A stretch of DNA of 37,112 nucleotides from an uncultured Planctomycetaceae bacterium (GCA_964505115.1 CAZDHN010000002.1:1-37112); one strand, 5' to 3'. Shown: positions 8,503 to 15,781, counted from the first letter of the stretch. The notes: generated by a model not told the origin, from the sequence alone. Numbers and translations are program-made.

Positions 8503-11500
8503 ATGTTCGCGAAATTCTTTATCGAGCGTCCGATCTTCGCCTGGGTGGTGTCGATCGTGATTGTGCTGATCGGCGGCGTGGCGGCCTTTATGCTGCCGAT
8601 CGCACAGTATCCCGACATCACGCCGCCCACCGTACAAGTGACGGCCATGTATCCGGGCGCCAGCGCGAAGGTGATCGCCGACAGCGTGGCCGCCCCGATC
8701 GAACAGCAGGTCAACGGCGTCGAGCGGATGCTCTACATGTCGTCGCAGTGTACCAACGACGGCGCCTACAACCTGACGATCACCTTCGAGTTGGGTACCG
8801 ACCTGAACATGGCCCAGGTACTTGTGCAGAACCGCGTGGCCCTGGCCTTGCCGCAACTGCCCCAGCAGGTGCAGGTGCAGGGCGTGTCGACGAAGAAGAA
8901 GTCGCCCAGCATCCTGCTGGTCGTCAACCTGATCTCGCCCGACGGGCGTTACGACGGGCTGTACCTGTCGAACTATGCCACGATCCAATTGAAAGACGAG
9001 TTGGCGCGGATCTACGGCGTGGGCGACATAGCCTATCTCGGCCAGCGCGACTACAGCATGCGTGTCTGGCTGGATCCGCAAGAGATGGCCACCCGCAACG
9101 TCACCACCGCCGATGTCGTCCGAGCCGTCAAGGCGCAGAACATCCAGGTGGCCGCCGGGCAGATCGGCCAGCAACCCGTGCCCGACGGCCAACAGTTCCA
9201 GCTCACGATGAACGCGCTGGGCCGGCTGGTCAAGCCGGAACAGTTCGGCGAGATCATCATCAAGACCGACCAGGGCGACCGCGAGGAAGGGCACATCTCC
9301 AGCCAGGTGGTTCGGCTCCGCGACGTGGCCAAAATCACGCTGGGAGCCCAGCAGTACGACCAGATTTGCCAACTCGACGGCCAGCCTTCGGTCGGTCTGG
9401 CCATCTTTCAGTTGCCCGGCTCCAACGCGCTGGACGTGGCCAAGGCCATTAAGGCCAAGATGAAGGACCTCGAGAAGCGGTTCCCCGACGGCCTGCAGTA
9501 CAAAATCGTCTACGACACCACGCCGTTTATCGAGGAGTCGGTCGAGGAGGTCTTCGTCACGCTTCGCGACGCCGTGATTCTGGTGGCGATCGTGGTTCTT
9601 CTGTTCCTGCAAGACTGGCGGGCGATGATCCTGCCGATGATCGACGTGCCCGTCTCGCTGGTCGGTACGTTCGCCACGCTGGCCGTGTTTGGATTCAGCC
9701 TGAATACACTTACGCTCTTCGGCATGGTGCTGGCCATCGGCATCGTCGTCGACGACGCGATCGTGGTGTTGGAAAACGTCGAACGGCAGATGTCGCTCGG
9801 TCTGGATCCCAAGAGCGCTACGATCAAGGCCATGTCGGAAATTACCGGTCCGATTATTGCCATCACGCTGGTGCTCTGCTCGGTCTTCCTGCCGGCCGTG
9901 TTCATGCCGGGGGTGACAGGGCAGTTCTTCCGGCAGTTTGCCTTGACGATCGCCTCGGCGATGATCATTTCGGCGATAAACGCCATGACGCTCACGCCTT
10001 CGCGCGCCGTGGCGATCTTCAATCAGCAGAAGATGGACGAGCACGGCCACCCAATACACGAGGCCCTGCCCTGGTGGATATTCGTCGTGCTGGGCGGACT
10101 GCTCTCGGCCTGGCTCGCCGAGCCGTTCCTGCCCGCCGAACTCGTGCAGGGCGAGGGCATGTCCTGGGCGACCTATCTGGGCCTGACGGTGCCCGGCGGT
10201 CTGCTCGGAGGCTTGTTAGGCTGGTTCATCACCCCGTCGGTCAACGCAGTGCTGTCGCGATTCTTCAAAGGCTTCAATCGGATCTTCGACAGCATAGCCG
10301 ACGCCTACGGCCGCGGCGTGGCCAGGCTCATTCGCTACAGCGTGCTGGTGCTGGGGGTCTACGGCGCACTTGTTGGGCTAACCGGCTGGACGATGAACGC
10401 GGCGCCCAAGGGCTTCATCCCCATGCAGGACCAGGGCTACCTGCTGGTGAACGTGCAGTTACCCGACGCAGCCTCGGTGCAACGAACCCAACAGGTGGTA
10501 GAGCGCGTCGGCCGGATCGCGCTGGGTGATCCGTCAGACGACAAGCAACAGCGCATCCCCGGAGTTGCCCACACGCTTGGCGTGGCCGGCCAATCGTTCC
10601 TGCTCAATGCCAACGGCTCGAACTTCGGGTCATGCTTCGTGATCCTCGACGACTTTCCCAAGCGGCACGAGGCGGCACGCTACGACGAGGCAATCGCCGA
10701 AGAACTCCGTCGCCGGTTCGCCGTCCAAATCGACGAGGCCGAAGTGCAAGTGTTTCGGGCCCCGCCCATCCAGGGCTTGGGAAACGGGGGCGGTTTCAAG
10801 CTCCAGATCGAACAGCGTGGCTACGTCGATCTCAAGGCGCTTCAGCCGGAAACCGACGCGATGGTCGCCGAAGCCAACCAGGATCCCAGGTTGTCCGATG
10901 TCTTCACCATGTTCCGTGCCGACGTGCCGCAACTGTTCCTGGACGTCGATCGTACCAAGTGCGAGTCGGTAGGGGTCCCCATCGACGAAGTGTTCAACAC
11001 ATTGCAGGTCTACATGGGCGGGTATTTCGTCAACCTCTTTAATGCGTTCGGTCGCACCTGGCAGGTGAATCTGCTCGCCCAGCCCGAGGATCGCACCCGG
11101 GCGGAGGCGCTGCGGCAACTCAAGGTGCGAAATAAGTTCGGTGAGATGGTGCCGCTGGCCACGCTGGTCGACATCCAGGACACGGGTGGCCCGGTGATGG
11201 TCATGCGCTATAATATGTACTTCTCCGCGCCGGTCATCGGCAACCCGGCGCCGGGCACCAGTACCGGCGACGTGATCAACATCATGCAGGAGATTGCCGA
11301 CAGCAAGGACGCCAGCTACGAGTGGACCGAGATCATGTACCTGCAGATCCTGGCCGGCAACGCGGCGATCTATGTCTTCGCCGTCGGCTCGTCGCTGGTC
11401 TTCCTGGTACTGGCGGCCAAGTACGAAAGCTGGAAGCTGCCCATGGCCGTGATTCTCGTCGTGCCGATGTGCCTGCTCTGCGCCGTGACGGGCATGTTCA

Positions 11501-11859
11501 TCGCCCGACTGCCGGTCGATATCTTCGTGCAGATCGGTTTCCTGGTGCTGGTCGGTCTGGCCGCGAAGAACGCGATCCTGATCGTCGAGTTCGCCCAGCA
11601 GTTGCTCGACCAGGGCAAGCCGCTCGCCGAGGCCGCCGTGGAATCCGCCCGCCTGCGACTCAGGCCAATCGTGATGACCTCCTTCGCCTTCATTCTGGGC
11701 GTGGTGCCGCTGCTGCTGGGCACCGGAGCGGGCGCCGAGATGCGTCACTCGCTGGGCACCGCCGTCTTCAGCGGCATGATCGGCGTAACCGCCTTCGGCA
11801 TCGCCCTGACTCCCGTCTTCTTCTACGTTCTAATGCGCTACGGCCGCCGCCGCGGGTAA
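8503..11859 (+). CDS. RND multidrug efflux permease (AcrB/HAE1 family)
   Basis: Start at ATG 8503 (MFAKFFIERPIFAWVVSIVIVLIGG, typical AcrB N-terminus), 14 nt after the adaptor stop. 1118 aa with family-typical TM/porter blocks. The 5' extension of ORF 8155.. was rejected. Confidence 0.95.
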   Translation: MFAKFFIERPIFAWVVSIVIVLIGGVAAFMLPIAQYPDITPPTVQVTAMYPGASAKVIADSVAAPIEQQVNGVERMLYMSSQCTNDGAYNLTITFELGTDLNMAQVLVQNRVALALPQLPQQVQVQGVSTKKKSPSILLVVNLISPDGRYDGLYLSNYATIQLKDELARIYGVGDIAYLGQRDYSMRVWLDPQEMATRNVTTADVVRAVKAQNIQVAAGQIGQQPVPDGQQFQLTMNALGRLVKPEQFGEIIIKTDQGDREEGHISSQVVRLRDVAKITLGAQQYDQICQLDGQPSVGLAIFQLPGSNALDVAKAIKAKMKDLEKRFPDGLQYKIVYDTTPFIEESVEEVFVTLRDAVILVAIVVLLFLQDWRAMILPMIDVPVSLVGTFATLAVFGFSLNTLTLFGMVLAIGIVVDDAIVVLENVERQMSLGLDPKSATIKAMSEITGPIIAITLVLCSVFLPAVFMPGVTGQFFRQFALTIASAMIISAINAMTLTPSRAVAIFNQQKMDEHGHPIHEALPWWIFVVLGGLLSAWLAEPFLPAELVQGEGMSWATYLGLTVPGGLLGGLLGWFITPSVNAVLSRFFKGFNRIFDSIADAYGRGVARLIRYSVLVLGVYGALVGLTGWTMNAAPKGFIPMQDQGYLLVNVQLPDAASVQRTQQVVERVGRIALGDPSDDKQQRIPGVAHTLGVAGQSFLLNANGSNFGSCFVILDDFPKRHEAARYDEAIAEELRRRFAVQIDEAEVQVFRAPPIQGLGNGGGFKLQIEQRGYVDLKALQPETDAMVAEANQDPRLSDVFTMFRADVPQLFLDVDRTKCESVGVPIDEVFNTLQVYMGGYFVNLFNAFGRTWQVNLLAQPEDRTRAEALRQLKVRNKFGEMVPLATLVDIQDTGGPVMVMRYNMYFSAPVIGNPAPGTSTGDVINIMQEIADSKDASYEWTEIMYLQILAGNAAIYVFAVGSSLVFLVLAAKYESWKLPMAVILVVPMCLLCAVTGMFIARLPVDIFVQIGFLVLVGLAAKNAILIVEFAQQLLDQGKPLAEAAVESARLRLRPIVMTSFAFILGVVPLLLGTGAGAEMRHSLGTAVFSGMIGVTAFGIALTPVFFYVLMRYGRRRG

Positions 11860-11880
11860 GGGTTTCAGGGCCCAAGCAGG

Positions 11881-12029
11881 GGCCTGGTTCAAATGCGGGT
11901 AGCACTGACAGTTAGCCCGGTCGCCTGCGACCGGAAAGCGAAGCGGTTTCCGCTAGATTCCCGTCGCGGGCGACGGGGCTAACACGGATTGTCAGATGCT
12001 ACCCAAGAAACGGTCGATTTGAACCATGC
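11881..12029. mobile_element. Family A element, copy A2 (long subfamily) with perfect 9-bp target-site duplication
   Basis: Ends GGCCTGGTTCAAAT / ATTTGAACCATGC. Flanked by CCAAGCAGG at 11872-11880 and 12030-12038. Only 5 mismatches over the 124-bp core versus 36834-36957. Confidence 0.85.
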
Positions 12030-12059
12030 CCAAGCAGGAAGTCGTTTCCGCGGGACCGC

Positions 12060-12506
12060 TTAGCCATCGGTTTTCTGTTTTCCTTGCAGGGTTAGCACGA
12101 CTCGGCGTCGGCCACCGCGGATCCGGTGTTCGCAGAGCATGACCCCCTGCCAGGTGCCCAGGCAAAGCTGCCCGTTGCGGACGGGGATGGTTAGCGAACT
12201 GTCGGTTATCGAGGCCTTTACGTGGGCCGGCATGTCGTCGCGCCCCTCGATGGTGTGCCGATAGGGAAAATCGCCGGGGGCCAAGGTGTCCAGCACCCGA
12301 TCCAGATCGACCGGCACGTCGGGGTCGGCGTTCTCGTTGATCGTCAGCGAGGCGGAAGTGTGCTGGATAAATATGTGCAGCAGGCCCACCTCCATCCCGG
12401 CCAACTCGGGCATGGCGGTGACGATTTCCCGGCTGATGGGGTGACATCCCTTGGGAAACGGCGGCAGCAGGAGTTCTCTCTGAAACCAACTCACTCGACA
12501 CCTCAT
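12060..12506 (-). CDS. yjbQ: YjbQ family protein (UPF0047, secondary thiamine-phosphate synthase enzyme)
   Basis: GLLHIFIQHTSASLTINENADPDV, DDMPAHVKAS and GTWQGVMLCEHR..GGRRRVVLTLQG align closely with my recollection of E. coli YjbQ. ATG at 12504-12506, alternative GTG at 12494. Confidence 0.85.
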   Translation of the reverse strand: MRCRVSWFQRELLLPPFPKGCHPISREIVTAMPELAGMEVGLLHIFIQHTSASLTINENADPDVPVDLDRVLDTLAPGDFPYRHTIEGRDDMPAHVKASITDSSLTIPVRNGQLCLGTWQGVMLCEHRIRGGRRRVVLTLQGKQKTDG

Positions 12507-12789
12507 TTGGAGTTTTCAGTTATCAGTCCAAATACTCGCGAGAGCCGCTGTTTCCAATCACTGACTACTGACTACTGAAAACTACCGACTCCCGACCACT
12601 ACGTCGGGAAAACCATAATCCATGGCCGTGTCGAATATAGCCGCGGGACACTTTGCCCGCAAGGAGCCCGCCGCTTGCCCCGTTTGGTCATTCCGCACGA
12701 TCCGAAGTGTCTAGTGGCGGCAGCCGGCCGTTTTTTCGCCCGACGGGGGTAAATCTGCAAAATTTTCGCCATATTTTCCGCCCAAACAC

Positions 12790-12818
12790 TTGACTATCGA
12801 GGCGATATGTGGATAATA
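12790..12818 (+). promoter_or_regulatory. Sigma-70-like promoter (TTGACT - 17 nt - ATAATA with TGg extended -10)
   Basis: TTGACT at 12790-12795, TG at 12810-12811, ATAATA at 12813-12818. Sits in a locally ~40% GC stretch about 170 nt upstream of ORF 12992. Confidence 0.45.
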
Positions 12819-12991
12819 AAGTATTCGTAATTCATACCGTCACCCAGCCTGTATCGGATCTGAATCCCACCTCATCCGAGTTCTCATATAAGCGTTGACG
12901 GTTTGGGCCATCCAATTGTACAGAGAGTGTCGCTGTACGGTTCAATGGCGGTCGAGCTAAAATTCCTGTTGTTTTGACGGAGTTGTAACTG

Positions 12992-13207
12992 ATGCGGAAC
13001 GTTTTTGAAGCTATTTTGGAATGCGGGCACGACGAAGACTTTATTCCGATGGAAACGGAAGATTTCGGCGGCACCCAGGCGCCGGCCGGATCGCGGGCGA
13101 AACTCGACGTTATGGCCGAACGGGTCCGGCAAGGAATGCCCCTCTGGCATAACGAGGATCGGTCGGATTACAGCGGGCTAACCGGCGCGGTGCGGCCGCG
13201 CGACTAG
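12992..13207 (+). CDS. Small hypothetical protein (71 aa)
   Basis: ATG preceded by GGAG with a 9-nt spacer. Promoter-like element upstream and a strong hairpin terminator downstream. No family recognised. Confidence 0.5.
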   Translation: MRNVFEAILECGHDEDFIPMETEDFGGTQAPAGSRAKLDVMAERVRQGMPLWHNEDRSDYSGLTGAVRPRD

Positions 13208-13270
13208 TTCGTCGTCCCCCTCTCGGGTTTCCACAGCCTAGAAATCCGGCGCGAAAATCCGTGCGAATGC

Positions 13271-13312
13271 AAAAGAAAAGCCGCCGGCAAAAGCCGGCGG
13301 CTTGCGTTTCTT
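13271..13312. terminator. Bidirectional intrinsic terminator (10-bp GC stem AGCCGCCGGC/GCCGGCGGCT, loop AAAA)
   Basis: Stem 13279-13288 / 13293-13302. On the minus strand it is followed by UUUUCUUUUG (better U-tract, fits the csrA transcript). On the plus strand it is followed by UGCGUUUCUUGUU. Confidence 0.7.
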
Positions 13313-13407
13313 GTTAGTTGCTCCACCCGTTGGCGGGCCGTGTCGTCCACCGTACTCAGCACGCTGAAGCGTGATGTGACTGCCTCACGCTCCAGCGTGA
13401 GGAGTAC

Positions 13408-13466
13408 GGCCCTGTTCAGGCAACGGCCCTGTTCAGGCAACGGCCCTGTTCAGGCAACGGCCCTGT
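13408..13466. repeat. Tandem repeat, 17-bp unit GGCCCTGTTCAGGCAAC x 3.5
   Basis: Exact copies at 13408-13424, 13425-13441 and 13442-13458, plus 8 nt more. The csrA stop codon (13450-13452) lies inside a copy. Confidence 0.9.
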
Positions 13467-13656
13467 GATCCGACGGGCTTGGTGGCAGCAGTGGCGTGGC
13501 GGCTGGCCGCGGCTCTAGTTCCTCGCGCAAAACAACGACGTCCAGCGGCGCCTCGATGCCCAGTCGTACCTTGTCCCCGCCTACGCGGATCACTGTAATC
13601 ACGATCGAATCTCCGAGCTTGATTCGCTCGCTTTCTCGTCTGGACAAGACCAGCAT
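13450..13656 (-). CDS. csrA: Carbon storage regulator CsrA (RNA-binding global regulator)
   Basis: MLVLSRRESERIKLGDSIVITVIRVGGDKVRLGIEAPLDVVVLREE is a near-textbook CsrA core. GGAGG Shine-Dalgarno lies upstream. Confidence 0.9.
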   Translation of the reverse strand: MLVLSRRESERIKLGDSIVITVIRVGGDKVRLGIEAPLDVVVLREELEPRPAATPLLPPSPSDHRAVA

Positions 13657-13743
13657 GAGACAACCTCCATGTCGTTATAGATGTGCGTTTATGTAAATTT
13701 TTTGCCGGGCGACAGCCCCCGGCCACCAACTTGCCAACTCCGC

Positions 13744-14040
13744 TCAGGCGGCAACCCGTTCGAGACTGGGCGACTCAAGCAACTGCGTCTTCAGAAAGCG
13801 TTCCCCGCTGGACCCATAGAATAGAATCTGGTTATGGTCCGTTTCCCAAATTGCGGAAAACTTTACGGCTCGAGGGCCGTGCAGGCAGAAATAGATCCCG
13901 CAAGGCTTGCCGCCGCGTCGCAGGATCTTCTCGGTCATTTGAAAAGCACCGATTTGAAGCTGATAATGATCACAAAAGGTTTCGTTGACGTATTCACGGA
14001 GATCGTTCACATTGCCTAACTGTAGGATACTCATCAACAT
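13744..14040 (-). CDS. Hypothetical small protein directly upstream of and co-oriented with csrA
   Basis: ORF 13744..14067 starts on GTG. I prefer ATG 14038-14040 (MLMSILQLGN...), which is preceded by AGGAG. 87-nt gap to csrA. No family recognised. Confidence 0.55.
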   Translation of the reverse strand: MLMSILQLGNVNDLREYVNETFCDHYQLQIGAFQMTEKILRRGGKPCGIYFCLHGPRAVKFSAIWETDHNQILFYGSSGERFLKTQLLESPSLERVAA

Positions 14041-14503
14041 CGGGATTAAGTTCTCCTGACTGCGCACGGAGGGTGCGTAAGATACAATGCTCCATGCAGG
14101 TAAGAGAAAGTGGGGTGAGTGCCGACAAAGGAACCTATCGGCAATCTAGGCAGGAATGTTTTGCCCTAGAATCGGGTGTTCTGGGCAATATACGCATTAA
14201 GGGAATTTTTGCCCCGACGCTAATCCAATTCTCACAAGCAGATACGCTCTCCCAGGGCAACGCTAACGGCCGGAGTTTTTTTCTTCGCTAAAGATTCGGC
14301 AGGCCGAAAAAATCCGTTAGCACGGCACGTTTTGCCTATCCTGCAACAGCCGGAAAATCTGACCTTGAGACATCACGATCGAAGAGGGGGAAAGGTTAAC
14401 AAGGCTCCGGAGCCGCCTCGTCCTCGGGGCGGGTATTGGTAACGCGTCGGAACTCGCGGCGAGGACGCCACGGCTCAAACATGCGAACGAATCGCCCAAT
14501 TGC

Positions 14504-15478
14504 CTACTTCTTCTCCTTCGCGTAGACCTTGAAGGCCTCGGCAACCTTGCCGGCCTTTTCGTCACCTTTGTGGAAGAGGAACCGGTAACGTAGCTCAAGC
14601 GACTTGCCGGCCGGAATCGTGTAGGCGCCGTCCTGCTCGGAACCCTTGTTGAAGTTCTTCAGCCCGAAGGGATTGGCCGTGAACAGACCGTAGGTCCTTA
14701 CGTGCCAGTAGGTTGGGAAACGGAAGCTGCTGGGGTGGTTCAGGATGGCGATACCGACGGTCTCTCCGTCGACCGGTCCGTGGTAATCGACCCAGGCGGC
14801 CTGCTTACCCCATGCGTCGCTGCTGGTCTGGCCCTCGCTATTGACGATCTTGCCGCCCAGCTTGGCCGTCTCTTTCATCGTGCCGGCCACGCGGATGCCC
14901 ATCGTGCCTTCCTTCGTGTCGCCGAAGCGGACCGGGCCGTCGGTCGCCTTCATAACGATGTCGAAGTCGATAATTCGGGTGTCGCCGTCGACGAAGAAGG
15001 TGAGGGTTCGCTCGTCTTGGCAGACCCTTTTGCCCGGCTTGCCGTCCTTGCCCGGCGCCAGCCAGTCGTTAAGAGTGGCAACGACCACCTTGTTGTCCTT
15101 CTCGTCGACCTTGAGGTACTCGCGGTGCTTGACCCAGCCATGGTCGCCCTTCTGCTCGCACCAGAATCGCACGCCATTGATATCATCGTGCGTGAAGTAG
15201 AGGGAGCGGTGGTGGATATGGTCCTTGCGCTCGTGTGGGCCCGCCTCGGGCACCATGGGATAGGCCCTGGTCATCGGTTTGCCGGTGGGGCCAATTATCG
15301 GCCAGACAATCGGCTTGGGACCGTTATCGGTGAGGTACTTAGCGAACAGCTTGCCGTCGATCTTGATGACGACGTTTTTCTCGCACCGCTCGGCGGTGAG
15401 CTTGGCGGCATCCGCACTTTGGGCGAACAGGTACAAACCGGCGATACACAAGGCCGCCGCGGCAATTCTTCGCAACAT
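14504..15478 (-). CDS. PmoA-like / DUF6807 family protein with signal peptide
   Basis: Start ATG 15476-15478 (MLRRIAAAALCIAGLYLFAQSADA). KPIVWPIIGPTG..., HIHHRSLYFTHDDINGVRFW, GIAILNHPSSFRFPTYWHVRTYGLFTANPFG are typical of this family. The 5' ORF extension to 16198 was rejected. Confidence 0.85.
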   Translation of the reverse strand: MLRRIAAAALCIAGLYLFAQSADAAKLTAERCEKNVVIKIDGKLFAKYLTDNGPKPIVWPIIGPTGKPMTRAYPMVPEAGPHERKDHIHHRSLYFTHDDINGVRFWCEQKGDHGWVKHREYLKVDEKDNKVVVATLNDWLAPGKDGKPGKRVCQDERTLTFFVDGDTRIIDFDIVMKATDGPVRFGDTKEGTMGIRVAGTMKETAKLGGKIVNSEGQTSSDAWGKQAAWVDYHGPVDGETVGIAILNHPSSFRFPTYWHVRTYGLFTANPFGLKNFNKGSEQDGAYTIPAGKSLELRYRFLFHKGDEKAGKVAEAFKVYAKEKK

Positions 15479-15648
15479 TGAAGTGTCCTCCTTGGGACGA
15501 AAGGCGTGATCTTCTGGTAGGGCCCACCCGATCGGACGATGCAACCATCCGGTGCGTCGGGCAAACATCTTCCTCGAAGTATAACCAGCCGGCATCCGGC
15601 ACGCAACAAATTCCCCAAAAGAGGGTCCAGGAAACTTCGTGACGCCCC

Positions 15649-15781
15649 GGACGCAGGAACACGTTTGTAGCTGAATTCGCAAGAATTCAGCCCGCGAGCG
15701 TAAATCCGTCTGAATTCTTGCGAATTCAGCTACCAACGTGTCACCGATCCATTGAGGTTCCGCAAACCCGTTCCTGCGCCC
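15649..15781. mobile_element. Family B element, copy B2, with 9-bp target-site duplication
   Basis: Reverse orientation of B1. Flanked by TGACGCCCC at 15640-15648 and 15782-15790. Lies in the divergent gap between the PmoA-like gene and typA. Confidence 0.8.

Noticed and set aside
8332-11748. Long minus-strand ORFs (8332..10059 at 575 aa, 10630..11748 at 372 aa, and others) antisense to the RND pump
   Set aside because: They are Arg/His/Gly/Asp/Pro-rich with no recognisable motifs, which is typical of antisense frames of high-GC genes. The sense frame is unmistakably AcrB-like over its whole length.
6981-12029. Composite transposon (A1 - RND operon - A2)
   Set aside because: A2 carries its own perfect 9-bp duplication (CCAAGCAGG), indicating independent insertion. 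No shared duplication lies outside the pair, and A1's left end is degenerate.
12507-12700. TPP riboswitch upstream of yjbQ (thiamine-related annotation)
   Set aside because: There is no CUGAGA or ACCUGAUCUGGAUAAUGCCAGC-type conserved segment on the minus strand. Only local inverted and heptamer repeats are present.
13408-13466. Possible CRISPR array or minisatellite-coded peptide
   Set aside because: The copies are contiguous with no spacers, there are only 3.5 units of 17 bp, and no cas genes are present. It is a simple tandem repeat overlapping the csrA stop.
14248-14282. T7 tract (14276-14282) as an intrinsic terminator for a plus-strand RNA
   Set aside because: The preceding sequence forms only a weak 4-bp CTCC/GGAG stem. 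The T-run pairs better with the A6 run at 14307-14312 as part of the long hairpin 14262-14321.
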